From: a virus
Lineage: Duplodnaviria; Heunggongvirae; Uroviricota; Caudoviricetes
Length of the DNA stretch: 61,734 bases
IMG/VR virus record: IMGVR_UViG_2529292751_000001
Coordinates: 1-61,734 of that record
Strand: one strand, 5' to 3'
The notes under the pieces were generated by a model that did not search any database, was not told where the DNA came from, and saw nothing but the letters and a program-made list of their open reading frames with translations. Shown piece after piece: positions 26,348-36,721 of the stretch; position 1 is the stretch's first letter, and every line of letters begins with the position of its first letter. Made by a program: the position numbers and the translations under genes.

Positions 26348-26554
26348 ATGAGAAGAGTCTTTTACGAAATGAACGTTATGACCAAGGGTGAGACGTTTAC
26401 TAAGAAATTCTCTATAGAATACGATAGAGAAGAGTATGACGGTAATTCTGAGAATTTAGATGCTGAAATTATCTCATATAAATGGAGCGAACTAGTTAAG
26501 GAATATGGCATAGATGCATTTCTAGTTAGCTATTCAATAGAAAGAGAGCTTTAA
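26348..26554 (+). CDS. Hypothetical protein
   Basis: 68 aa with GGAGG RBS. Confidence 0.65.
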   Translation: MRRVFYEMNVMTKGETFTKKFSIEYDREEYDGNSENLDAEIISYKWSELVKEYGIDAFLVSYSIEREL

Positions 26555-26580
26555 GTCGAGTAGAGATACTCGGCTTTTGT
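26553..26580 (+). terminator. Intrinsic terminator
   Basis: AAGTCGAGTA-GAGA-TACTCGGCTT followed by TTGT. Confidence 0.7.
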
Positions 26581-28800
26581 TTATATCTGGCTAGATTGTA
26601 ATGAATAAATGTGTAAAATATGGAAAACCGAGACTATTTTGTGGTAAAATTGTAGCAAATAATGCTGTCAGAAGCCCAAATTCGTCTTATTTTTGCTAAT
26701 ATGAGTCGAAACAGGGTTAAAAAGGTATAAAAGCGTGACAAAAGTGCTAAATAACGCTTAAAAAGGCTGATTTATGGCTTATTATAGGCGTATCGATGAA
26801 TAAATGATGAAATAGTGTTAAAATGGCTTTCGAATGACCCTTAACGTACAGATACAGGTAATAGAAGGGGTTAGTTATATTTAAGTACCTATTTTATGTC
26901 GTAAATAACCCCCTCTGTGTGGTCAAATAGGGTAGGGGAAGTAAGAATGTTGACGAGACGCTTTACGAGAGGGATAAAATAGAAAAATAGTCAATGGTTG
27001 GTAAGGTTAAAGAAAGATTCGTATCGCAATCGGTAAAATATTTGTGGTGTGTGGATGAGGGTACATAGGTCAGTTGGCTAGGAAACGACCCACCAAAATG
27101 TGGTAAATAGCCCCCCCACGCCTGTCACACTATTTCCTATTAGTGCGACACGTACACGACACACATGCAGGCGCGCGCTCACATACGCACACACGCACAC
27201 GCACGAGCTCATGGAAGGAAATGGAAATCTTAGAAAGGTTCAACGAATGGTAAACGTTTCCTATACGTTGTTTATGCATTGCGTAACGCGCGTGAGGAAA
27301 ACCAAAAAATTTCCACGAACCCAACAGAGACAAGGCTTCTCGGTAAGGAATGCATGCGGTGTGGAACATGGAGCTACCATACATATTTATTCATTATTAC
27401 CACGCATCACCACACCATACAACCTCAAATATTTCCAGCAATATAACTACCACAAACACAACGGCACCAAGGTTTCACCGGAATTTCCACCAACCATACA
27501 ACTAACAATAACCACCACTGTATAAACTCTGTATATACAACAATATACATTCCGACAATTACCAAACAACATGTATCAACTATACAACCTACTTGTATAC
27601 ATAGTACCATCTCATACCTCATGAGGGTATCATCAGACCAGTCATACCAAGGGTTTAAGCATCCAAGCAACATCAACACATCATCGTCACTCATCATCAC
27701 TCATGCTCACTTGTCTGTCACCTTACATCACTACTACTCATCATCATTCATCACTAGTCACATCAACGTTCATGCATACATACATCATCACTATCACATA
27801 CACATAACATGTATAGAAGTATGCAACTATACAACCATATACCATAGCTAACACCATATGAGGGTATCCCCAGTATACGCCTCTCATATGCCCATATATG
27901 GAGACAACGCCTATATACGCCACCTTCCTAACAGTCCTAGTAATACCATAGCATTACATGACCCCTAACACGCTTAGAGAGGACGATAGACGCCTTAAAC
28001 GCTATATCTTATATAAGCGATATAGTTGAGGGTTATATGGTAATAAATACCTATAAAATATTTAGGGATTAACTATTGACAAACCTTATATATGTATGGT
28101 ATGTAACGCCATCTCATAGGGATAACCGCATATCCTACCATACATACCACCACCTGTCAATACCCTTTCTTCAATGTTACAGTAGTGTTACACAAACCCA
28201 CCTTATCGTTACAATCATGTTACAACGACCACTTATTACCAATCCTTTCCAGCTATCCAACTACTACCACTTATTACCAGTCAATCCCACACGTGTAAGC
28301 GCTATCACCATGCTCTCCCAACGGTTCAACCCTTGTTTACCCACATATCGCTCATTTACACCTTATAATATTCAGAATACTTTTTCTTTTTCTTTTTCAA
28401 AAAACCTTCAATCCCTTGGCGCTGTAAGTATCCCCTCACTTATCCACAAGTAAAATAGAATCTTTTCTGCAAATCTTTTTTATAAAGTCTTGAATCCCGC
28501 TTGGCTCTAAGGTTCGTCCCTATTTTAAGCGAATATAAAAAGTATTTTTTTCAATTTGTGAATCATTTTTTTGAAAAACGCTATAAACGTTGATATAACG
28601 CGGATTGTATCTATTTTTAGTTTGTGAATTAAAGAAGCGAAATTATTAAGATTTTTTGCCATTGTGGATAACTCAATTCGACCTTACAGCCACAAGGGAT
28701 TTACTACCCTCGATTCGTCAAAAACAGAGCAAGTTTCTCCTATTAAATATACGTGCGCGCATACACAAAGGGAATCGTCAAAAATCAATTTGAAATTTAT
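26580..28800. other. Long non-coding region with compositional strand switch (possible genome terminus/packaging region)
   Basis: No credible ORF; G/A-rich before about 27100 and C/A-rich after; DnaA boxes at 28440-28448 and 28663-28671. Confidence 0.55.
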
Positions 28801-28842
28801 TTAAACAAAAGTATTGCAAAATGTATTTACCTTATGTTACAT
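28801..28842 (+). promoter_or_regulatory. sigmaA-type promoter heading the right-arm gene array
   Basis: TTAAACAAAAGTA-TTGCAA-18 bp-TACATT with TG extension. Confidence 0.65.
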
Positions 28843-28885
28843 TATTGATGTGCCAGTGAGACACCAACTCACAAAACGCAAACAA

Positions 28886-28952
28886 GTTATCTAGAATGCC
28901 CACTGGGGCGGATAACACACGAGCGACTAGAATGCCCATTGGGGCGGTTGCT
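28886..28952 (+). repeat. Tandem RNA-like modules CTAGAATGCCCA(C/T)TGGGGCGG in a long leader
   Basis: Direct repeat with 36-bp period, each closed by a different 6-bp stem (GTTATC/GATAAC and AGCGAC/GTTGCT). Confidence 0.75.
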
Positions 28953-29210
28953 ACATCAAAAAGAAAATGAAGGGAAGTGAAGGCGCAACGCCAACATATC
29001 ACCGAATAGGTAACATGCAAGGTGGCTAAACAAATAGCATGAATCTTTGACAACTAAATGACAGGCTTTAAAGTTTTGGGCTAAATAGACTGGAATGCTC
29101 AAGGCGACTAAAGGGAACATGTCGAGAAGCTTTGCTTTAAATTGATACGCTGAAATTTTCAGCCTATGACTTTAGAACAAAAACAAACTATAAAATTATG
29201 AAGGAGTCGA

Positions 29211-30323
29211 TTGACTATGAAAGAACTAAAAGTAGCAGAACTAAAACAAGAGGTAAAAGCATTCCGCAACATCATCAACATGAACTTATCAGCAAAGGAA
29301 GAACTTGCAACGGAATTAACAGGCGCTGAAATTTCAGCTCTAAAATGTGGTTATAGCGCTATGAAAAAGGCTGAATTAGTAGAATTATATCAAATTCTTA
29401 TCGCTTTACGTGACAGACTTGATAAAGTTGTTGCTGAAATTGCTGAGGTAGAATTCAAGGCGGAACAAGCTCCGTCTTGTCCTGCTGTTGAGAATATGCT
29501 TGCAATGGCATTCAAAAAGAAACCTGTTGTAAAGAAGAAAGCAGAACCAAAATATGGCACTGTTGAAAAACGTACCAAATTAGTAAATGATAAATTGGAG
29601 CTTGCAAAGCAAAATACGAAGGATGGGGAAATGAGACTATTTTTCGGAAATGGTAATAAGAAATTAAATGGAATTTTAACTTTTTCATTACCACCAGTTG
29701 CAACATGCCCATACGCAACAGAAAATTGCATCATGAAATGTTATGCACTGAAAGATTACTATAGAAATTGGGATAACGTTTCAAAATCTCAAAATATCAA
29801 TTTCGAAATGACAAAGCGCGCTGATTTCGTAGACATGGCGACAAAAATGCTGAAAATCGAAGCTTTAAAACATGAAGTAGAAAATACTGTAAATGGTACT
29901 GACGAACCTTTAACAGTTCGAATTCATGTATCTGGTGATTTTTACTCTCAAGAATATTTTGACGCGTGGGTTCAAATTGCTGAGAATCTAAAAGGATTAC
30001 CAATCCAATTTGGATGCTACACAAAATCAATTCCATTCATCAAAACGCACTTAAAACGCGAGGGAAAAAAATTATCTGACATCAACATCAACTTCATGTT
30101 CTCTTTATGGGACGACACAAAAGAAAAATTCGTTGCAATGGCTGAAGAGATGGGAATGAACATCTTTACTGCATACAACAAAAAAACTTCTGATGTACCT
30201 GCTGATTATGTAGCATGTCCAGATGATGTAAAAAAAGGAGCATGCGGAACAACTTGTAACATGTGTTATGAGAAGTCACCACGCAGAAAAAAATTGCTAT
30301 CGCGATTCACTAAAACTTATTAA
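29211..30323 (+). CDS. GP88-family Fe-S protein
   Basis: FSLPPVATCPYATENCIMKCYA, VRIHVSGDFYSQEYFDAW, YTKS and C-terminal CP..CGTTCNMCY motifs. Confidence 0.8.
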   Translation: MTMKELKVAELKQEVKAFRNIINMNLSAKEELATELTGAEISALKCGYSAMKKAELVELYQILIALRDRLDKVVAEIAEVEFKAEQAPSCPAVENMLAMAFKKKPVVKKKAEPKYGTVEKRTKLVNDKLELAKQNTKDGEMRLFFGNGNKKLNGILTFSLPPVATCPYATENCIMKCYALKDYYRNWDNVSKSQNINFEMTKRADFVDMATKMLKIEALKHEVENTVNGTDEPLTVRIHVSGDFYSQEYFDAWVQIAENLKGLPIQFGCYTKSIPFIKTHLKREGKKLSDININFMFSLWDDTKEKFVAMAEEMGMNIFTAYNKKTSDVPADYVACPDDVKKGACGTTCNMCYEKSPRRKKLLSRFTKTY

Positions 30324-30397
30324 ACAAAAGATTTGCAGGGCGCTTGTATAAAGCAGGCGCTCAAAAAAATAATTCAACTATAGAGGAGAAATTAAAA

Positions 30398-30880
30398 ATG
30401 AAAAAATTTATCAAAATGTTATTAGTGGTTATGGTTACAGCTATTAGTGTAGGGATGTTTACAAAAGAAACGGAACAAAAAAATATTTCAATACAAGCGG
30501 AACAGATGAGCGCACAAGAAAAAGAATTGCAAGACGTAAAGAAAGAGTTAGCAGACGCGAAGGAAAAAATTTCTGAGGCACAAAAAATTACTGGAATCAA
30601 TCATTTCATTATTGACAAAGTGGATGAAAAATTTGCTTATGCACTTGCAATTGATGATTATGGAACGTTTGAAGAAAATTATGTAGTAATCGAAAAAGAA
30701 GATTATTACGGTGTAGCGTACAAACAAGGCGATATAGTAACAATTTCATTCGATGGAATGGGAGAGATTGGAGACCATGAACGCACGACACAAGGACAGC
30801 TAGAGATGTTAAACGATGGATTTGGCGGAATCATAGAGAGTTACAAGAAAGGTTTTGAGGCTGAAAAGCCTCAAGCCTAG
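30398..30880 (+). CDS. Secreted/membrane-anchored protein with coiled coil
   Basis: MKKFIKMLLVVMVTAISVGMF signal anchor; start refined after GAGGAG. Confidence 0.7.
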   Translation: MKKFIKMLLVVMVTAISVGMFTKETEQKNISIQAEQMSAQEKELQDVKKELADAKEKISEAQKITGINHFIIDKVDEKFAYALAIDDYGTFEENYVVIEKEDYYGVAYKQGDIVTISFDGMGEIGDHERTTQGQLEMLNDGFGGIIESYKKGFEAEKPQA

Positions 30881-30920
30881 TAACAAGCGAGAAAAAAATT
30901 TTTTAAAGGAGAGAGATAAA

Positions 30921-31334
30921 ATGTTAAATTACTTCAAAAATAGAATGATAGAAGAAAGTCAAAAGGTTAATTGTTTCTGGAATTTACATCTTAATGTATT
31001 TAGCTTAGAAGGTAGAACGATGGAAAACGGAACGAAAAAAAATCTTGTGTTAGCTCATGGAAATGACATCATTCTATTAAATGTAAAATTTACGGTTCGC
31101 GAGTCAGGGAGACAAAAGGTATTAAGAGAGCAAAAAAAGAATGTGCATGCATTTGTAAAAGGGAATTTCATGGGAATTGCAGGATACAATGAGAAATTGA
31201 TTTTAGGCGCAGGGATGAGAGAGGCGTATTACAACCCATACAAACAAGATAGCTTTACAGATAAAGAGACAGGAAAGAAATTAGAAGGCGCTAACATCGT
31301 GATTTTAGCGGATAAGAAAATCTATTACAAATAA
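30921..31334 (+). CDS. Conserved phage protein
   Basis: VKFTVRESGRQKVLREQKKNVHAFVKG motif; start refined after AAAGGAG. Confidence 0.7.
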   Translation: MLNYFKNRMIEESQKVNCFWNLHLNVFSLEGRTMENGTKKNLVLAHGNDIILLNVKFTVRESGRQKVLREQKKNVHAFVKGNFMGIAGYNEKLILGAGMREAYYNPYKQDSFTDKETGKKLEGANIVILADKKIYYK

Positions 31335-31683
31335 GGGTAGGTGATTATATATGAAATGGTTTAAAAGTCTATTTAAAAAGAAATTGACTATAAATGAAGA
31401 GGTTAACGCGTGGGATTCATTCAATAAGAAATATGGAGGCGTAACAAATGAAGTTAAATAGATATGTTGGGCTTGTTATAGATAATATGGTTATTACTGG
31501 AGTTGGAAAGTATTTTGACTTATCAACAGGTAGAGAAGAGAAATGCTTTATTGTAAATGATATATATGGCGTCAATTGCGAATTATTTATAAATCAATAC
31601 ATGTAATGATAGTCACTATGAATTAAGATAGATATATACATACCAAACTAAAAAGAAATTTAACTATAAAGGAGAAATTTAAA

Positions 31684-31947
31684 ATGACTGCAACGGAAAT
31701 TAAAAAACAAATTAAAAATAAAATGCATGGAGTTTCTAAAATAACTGTAACAATTGGAGAGCATGAAGGTAAGTATGATTTAAATGTAAATGTTTGGGGA
31801 TATGATAAATATTTTAATGAGGAATTTGAATGCTATACAGAGACAATCGAGGATGAAAAGAAAGCTATTACAAAAGCGAAAAGAATGGCAACTACACTTG
31901 CAAATAATGGTTATAAAGCTAATTATACAGGGTTTGAAAATTGTTAA
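31684..31947 (+). CDS. Hypothetical protein
   Basis: 87 aa, AAAGGAG RBS. Confidence 0.7.
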   Translation: MTATEIKKQIKNKMHGVSKITVTIGEHEGKYDLNVNVWGYDKYFNEEFECYTETIEDEKKAITKAKRMATTLANNGYKANYTGFENC

Positions 31948-31972
31948 TTAAAATATGAATGGAGGGATTTAA

Positions 31973-32356
31973 ATGTTAAATATTCAATGTACTGCATGTG
32001 ATGGTTTTGGGAATCAAAAATTTATTGATGGTAAATTGGTTCATGAGTGTACAGAATGCAATGGAGGGGCTATACAAGCCCCAGAGGACATGAAAGTATA
32101 TGTAAGTGTATACAAGGTTACTAGAGAGTTTGGAGGACACGAGGAAGGCGGATGGTGGTTTAATTGGTATCAATTACTTGAGACAGTCCCATGTAAAAAT
32201 AAATTTTCAGATGAAATTAAAAGTGATTTATTGGAAGAATATAAGAATGTTAAACATGGAAATATCTACTCTGTATTAGGTGGCGCGGATGTAGAAGTAT
32301 TTATCGAGCGTAGAGCAGGAGAAAATAAAACAACTGAAAAGCCTATATATGAGTAA
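31973..32356 (+). CDS. Phage protein with N-terminal Zn finger
   Basis: CTACDGFG..CTECNGG and FGGHEEGGWWF motifs. Confidence 0.7.
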   Translation: MLNIQCTACDGFGNQKFIDGKLVHECTECNGGAIQAPEDMKVYVSVYKVTREFGGHEEGGWWFNWYQLLETVPCKNKFSDEIKSDLLEEYKNVKHGNIYSVLGGADVEVFIERRAGENKTTEKPIYE

Positions 32357-32365
32357 GGAGAAAAT

Positions 32366-32593
32366 ATGATGCACTTAATAGAGAAACTCAGAAGGTTTAA
32401 GGATGACCAAAACGAATTAGAGCTTTTTGGTCAAATAACTACAAGAAAAAAATCTTGGTTCAAATTTGTCAAATATGAAAACAACGTCTACATACATGCA
32501 TATGTGGGAGGGAATAAGGTGAAAATATTCGATACATGGGAAGAAGCGGAAAAGAAATTGAAAATGTGGATTAATATGTTATTTGGTCATTGA
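32366..32593 (+). CDS. Hypothetical protein
   Basis: 75 aa, AAGGAG RBS; stop overlaps hammerhead stem II. Confidence 0.65.
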   Translation: MMHLIEKLRRFKDDQNELELFGQITTRKKSWFKFVKYENNVYIHAYVGGNKVKIFDTWEEAEKKLKMWINMLFGH

Positions 32594-32660
32594 GGCGAAA
32601 CGCGTGGGAAATCACGCGTATATGGTAGAGTGGTAATCTTCATACTGATGAGCCAAACCA
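32584..32660 (+). ncRNA. Hammerhead ribozyme, type II
   Basis: GGC-GAAA-CGCGTG(GGAAAT)CACGCG-TA-TATG..CATA-CTGATGA-GCC; full core, GUA cleavage triplet, predicted cut after 32620. Confidence 0.88.
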
Positions 32661-32688
32661 TAAATGAAAATAGGGGAGTTGTATACAG

Positions 32689-33366
32689 ATGAAAAATAAT
32701 TTAAAAGAATATAAAAGCAACGCTGATTTTATCGCGGAGGTAGTTGAAACAAAAGAATTAAATAATGAAATCAGAATGACTGACGACAAACAATATCTTG
32801 TAACGCTCCAGAACGCCCACGAGGACGTAAAGGCAGACAGAGATATATTATGTGCTGAGGGAGATTTAGAACGTTGTGTACAGGCGCTGAAGGATAGTAA
32901 AAACAATTGGGTTGAACACATGCAATGGAAAAAACTACACAAGAGCGACTATAAATATTTTTACGCAGAGAAAAAAATTGATGATGTGGATTTAGCCAAG
33001 GTTCAAAGGGTTAAAGAGAAATTCTTTAACATTGGTAAAAATGTTGTATTTATAGTTAGAGATAATGGAAGAGTAATAATAGCGTTTCGAAACAAGGTGA
33101 TTTATGAAGGATTTTTACTTGCGTCATCGCGTGGAGAAGTAAAAGGAGAAAATTGGACTCAATATGGCGCGGAAAAAATTTTATCATGGTCTGATGAAAT
33201 TGATAATTATAATGTGGTGGTTGCTGAATTCTGGACAGATGAAAAACTTGATGATGAATTGAGCGGAGATGCGGATGCGATGTATCGAGCGCATTGGGGA
33301 ATTCAAGAACCTACTGATAGACCACGCTCACCGTTTGATGTATATAGTCATAGTGAATTACTGTAG
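32689..33366 (+). CDS. Hypothetical protein
   Basis: 225 aa, GGGGAG RBS just 3' of the ribozyme. Confidence 0.7.
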   Translation: MKNNLKEYKSNADFIAEVVETKELNNEIRMTDDKQYLVTLQNAHEDVKADRDILCAEGDLERCVQALKDSKNNWVEHMQWKKLHKSDYKYFYAEKKIDDVDLAKVQRVKEKFFNIGKNVVFIVRDNGRVIIAFRNKVIYEGFLLASSRGEVKGENWTQYGAEKILSWSDEIDNYNVVVAEFWTDEKLDDELSGDADAMYRAHWGIQEPTDRPRSPFDVYSHSELL

Positions 33367-33409
33367 GTTAACAGGCGAAAAAATTTTTACAGCACAGGAG
33401 AGATTTGAA

Positions 33410-33763
33410 ATGAACGAAAAACAACGTCAACGCTTAGAGAAGATTGTAACACTGTATAAGGATAGTTATAGTAGATTTAACTTTGAAACTGGGGAGTATG
33501 AAAATATGGAATGGCAGGCATGTTTTGAGCAGGGTAAGAAATTAATCATGAAATTGATTGGAGAAATGGATAAGCAAAAACTTATAGCTGTAAATATATT
33601 CTATATGTTTGTAGAAAGAAAAAGTTGGATTCCTCATCCAGACAAGGAGATTAGAGGAGAGGACTTTGGAGAGCTGTTCCATAGCGCTTTAAATAAGTTA
33701 GGCTTGAATTATGATGTTGTAGAATATGGTTTAGGTGGCAAAGACTACAAGTTAAAAGGCTGA
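33410..33763 (+). CDS. Hypothetical protein
   Basis: Start refined to MNEKQRQ after AGGAGAG. Confidence 0.7.
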   Translation: MNEKQRQRLEKIVTLYKDSYSRFNFETGEYENMEWQACFEQGKKLIMKLIGEMDKQKLIAVNIFYMFVERKSWIPHPDKEIRGEDFGELFHSALNKLGLNYDVVEYGLGGKDYKLKG

Positions 33764-33847
33764 AAAAATTTTTTTGGCACTTGACTGTTATGGTGTGACG
33801 GTGTAACATCATATTATGAATTTAATTAATGAACTGGAGAGATAAAT

Positions 33848-34219
33848 ATGAAGCTTAGAAGATGGGTAAAAATAGCGCTAGTATTAATGGCATTTGGAGC
33901 AATTGCAGGAATGTTCAAAAGTATGGTATTTGCACAGACAACGGATGAGAAGCCAGAATACAAGGTATATCATGGAGTAATTGAAATGAATTTAAATGGG
34001 AAATCAAAAGTTGTTATGTTAGATGGTAAACTAGGCGAGGATGTCGAAGTCAAGGTAAAGGAAGAGTATAATAAAGGACAAATTATTACAGTAGTATTTG
34101 AAGGTAATAGAGTGGTCGAGGATTACATTACAGAGGGTAAAGAGTTAGATAAGATTCTAGATAAGAATCAAGCTTCTATTAAAGAGGTTAAAGGTAGTAA
34201 AGTATACTTGATGCGTTAA
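33848..34219 (+). CDS. Membrane-anchored protein
   Basis: N-terminal hydrophobic segment; own promoter TTGACT-17-TAACAT (33781-33809). Confidence 0.7.
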   Translation: MKLRRWVKIALVLMAFGAIAGMFKSMVFAQTTDEKPEYKVYHGVIEMNLNGKSKVVMLDGKLGEDVEVKVKEEYNKGQIITVVFEGNRVVEDYITEGKELDKILDKNQASIKEVKGSKVYLMR

Positions 34220-34299
34220 CTTTTTTATTTGAATCTAAAGTGTGAAGGTGTCACACGTTAACATAAAAGGCGAAAAAAATTTTTTTAACACATACGTAA

Positions 34300-34533
34300 A
34301 TGGAGGAAATTAAAATGGAAAAATTAGTAGCATGGTTAGAGCAGGGAGTAGCATTAGGAAAGATTACAGGTTATGCGGTAGCGTTTCAAGAGGTTCGCGA
34401 GCTAGGATTGAGAAAATATATGGTAGGCGTTAAACATGCAAGCATGGGAGAAATTGAGCTTAATGTAGCGATTCAAGGAACAACAGTATTAATTGGTCAT
34501 GAGAGTCGTAGAATCGAAACTATTACTTGGTAA
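34300..34533 (+). CDS. Hypothetical protein
   Basis: Likely start is the second ATG (MEKLVAW) after GGAGG. Confidence 0.6.
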   Translation: MEEIKMEKLVAWLEQGVALGKITGYAVAFQEVRELGLRKYMVGVKHASMGEIELNVAIQGTTVLIGHESRRIETITW

Positions 34534-34575
34534 TTAAATAATAAAATACGGGTTTTATTACGAGGAGAAAAAAAT

Positions 34576-34773
34576 ATGTTAGGCAAGATTAGATTCCATA
34601 AACCAAGCATTTGCATGACTCTGGAGGTTGAGACAGGGAAGCAATTATCTTTCAAGAGCAATTGTATTAAAGAAGCGTCAGAGCGTTGTATGAAGCATCT
34701 ACAGCGCTTAGGATTAGAGCGTGGAGTTTTACGTGAGACAGTTACAAAAGAAATTTTAATAACGTTCGATTAA
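34576..34773 (+). CDS. Hypothetical protein
   Basis: 65 aa, GAGGAG RBS. Confidence 0.6.
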   Translation: MLGKIRFHKPSICMTLEVETGKQLSFKSNCIKEASERCMKHLQRLGLERGVLRETVTKEILITFD

Positions 34774-34854
34774 ACAAAAGATTTGCAATGTAGTTGATTT
34801 AATGATATGATGTATCACAGACACACAAACCATAATACTGGAGGATGATTTTAA

Positions 34855-35409
34855 ATGGCAAAAACAAAACAGCAGTTAGTAGATGAGATTAAGGTTTTAG
34901 ATGAGTGCATTACAAGCATGTCATTACAATTGGCTCATGCATCTGACAAGGAGATTAAAAAAGAAGCTCGTAAAGCAACTGATAGTATTTTAGATTGGAA
35001 TGGCGTTGTAAAAAGAGTTTGTTCTACCAAGACTGGGGTTAATTCAGTTTACAAAGAAACATTAAAGAGAATCCAAGAGGACTTTAGAAGAGTCTATATG
35101 GAGCTTCTGGAGCTGAAAAAGAAAGTCCATACATATATCTCTCATGGCATTGAATTTGTTGAACATACGGAACATGTGGGAGTATCTATAGTAGATAACA
35201 ATCCAGACTGGAAAATGTTTCTTGCAAATGTAATTGTTAAATTCAAGAAAGATATTGTGTTTATGGTTCGGAAGGGCAATCTAGTGGAAGAAAAAATTAT
35301 GCGCGACAACAATCTATTCATTGAGAAAGAGCTTAAAAACTATCATCAATGCTTTATTGAATATAAGGAATCGGAAATGCTCAAGCATTGGCAGGTTCTC
35401 ATGGGCTGA
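34855..35409 (+). CDS. Hypothetical protein
   Basis: 184 aa, GGAGG RBS, motif-bearing promoter at 34770. Confidence 0.7.
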   Translation: MAKTKQQLVDEIKVLDECITSMSLQLAHASDKEIKKEARKATDSILDWNGVVKRVCSTKTGVNSVYKETLKRIQEDFRRVYMELLELKKKVHTYISHGIEFVEHTEHVGVSIVDNNPDWKMFLANVIVKFKKDIVFMVRKGNLVEEKIMRDNNLFIEKELKNYHQCFIEYKESEMLKHWQVLMG

Positions 35410-35503
35410 TTCTATGAGAACCAATTTAATCTTAATCATAATTAATCTTATTCTATTGTTGTTACTGCTGAAGAAAATTCTGTTTGCCTAGAAAGGGATT
35501 AAT

Positions 35504-35821
35504 TTGAATATTACAGAACTGACAGAACTAGTTGTAAAACATATTAAGGAATCAGATTTTAAACTCCTTAATATCAACGATGTGAGCGGATTATTAAAAG
35601 AGATACTAGGAGATTCATACGACAGCCAGACAGCGTACAGCGTAAAGCAGGCACTTATAGAGCATAGTGAAATAGATTTCTTCAAAGAAGATACATATAT
35701 TCATCACCAGAAATTCTATTATTGTATTGGTACATGGCTCTGCTACAAAGGTGTATATGAGAATCCAGTGCAGGCAAAACAAACTGCAAGAATAGTTGAC
35801 TACGAAATATTTGAAGATTAA
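35504..35821 (+). CDS. Hypothetical protein
   Basis: 105 aa, TTG start after AAAGGG. Confidence 0.55.
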   Translation: MNITELTELVVKHIKESDFKLLNINDVSGLLKEILGDSYDSQTAYSVKQALIEHSEIDFFKEDTYIHHQKFYYCIGTWLCYKGVYENPVQAKQTARIVDYEIFED

Positions 35822-35859
35822 TAACATCAGAGGAATAAATTATGAAGGAGCTGTTTTAA

Positions 35860-36363
35860 ATGTTAGCAAGAGCAGAGTGGAGCGATATTAAATTTAAGTT
35901 GGAGATGACTGCTATTAAATTCTTGAAAGAGAATTATGATATGAAGTTAGGAATTCCAATCATTTTAAATGGCAAATTAAAAAGAACTTTTGGGAGATTT
36001 AGACATGCTCCTCATAATCAAGAGAGATTCTCTCATAGTATCGAACTTTCAAAGACTTTCATAGAGTATCAGCCTTGGGAGAACGTCTTATCAACTCTTA
36101 AACATGAATTAATACATTATGCACTATATGAGCTAGGTAAGCCATACAGGGACGGAGAAAAGCTATTTGAGAGTGAATTAGCAAAACATGGCTCTCACAG
36201 TTCTGGAACAGTCAGATTTAGAGGCGAAGTTAATGTATATAAGTGCATAGGTGGATGTGGAACAGAATATAGAAGGGTCAAAAAGTATCCTAATAATGCT
36301 GAAGGTTATGAGTGTGGTGCATGTGGTAGTCCTATTTATTACGATGGTAAAATATCTATTTAA
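35860..36363 (+). CDS. SprT-like Zn metalloprotease
   Basis: TLKHELIHY HExxH motif plus C-terminal CIGGC..CGAC Zn ribbon. Confidence 0.85.
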   Translation: MLARAEWSDIKFKLEMTAIKFLKENYDMKLGIPIILNGKLKRTFGRFRHAPHNQERFSHSIELSKTFIEYQPWENVLSTLKHELIHYALYELGKPYRDGEKLFESELAKHGSHSSGTVRFRGEVNVYKCIGGCGTEYRRVKKYPNNAEGYECGACGSPIYYDGKISI

Positions 36364-36721
36364 ATTCCCATTTGACTTTTAGTGTGATGGTATTACATGC
36401 ATACACAAATAAAAAAATAAATGAAGGAGAGATTCCGCAATGTACAAGAGAGCAGAACCTATTTTAATCAACGAAAATACTTGGGTGGAGGCTAACGAGG
36501 GTCACCTAATTCTCTTCCAGAGAAGTAGTGTAGATGGGCAGATTCGATATATATTGATAGATGATGCAGGCAAAGAAAAGTTGCGTGAGATTATAAAATA
36601 AAACTTTATACAAAAGATTTGCAGATGGTGTTGACTTCTGGAGAAACATCCTTTATACTTTTAATCAACAAGTGATACGGTAACACAGCGACACATTGAA
36701 ACGTGAGGGAGAGATTTTAAA

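Noticed and set aside
27605-27640. CTGATGA on the - strand followed by a hairpin
   Set aside because: No GAAA after the stem and no stem III.
27100-28453. ORFs 27100-27525, 27130-27384, 27425-27700, 27621-27851 and 28076-28453
   Set aside because: Products of skewed low-complexity DNA (His/Thr- or Val/Cys-rich); no RBS.
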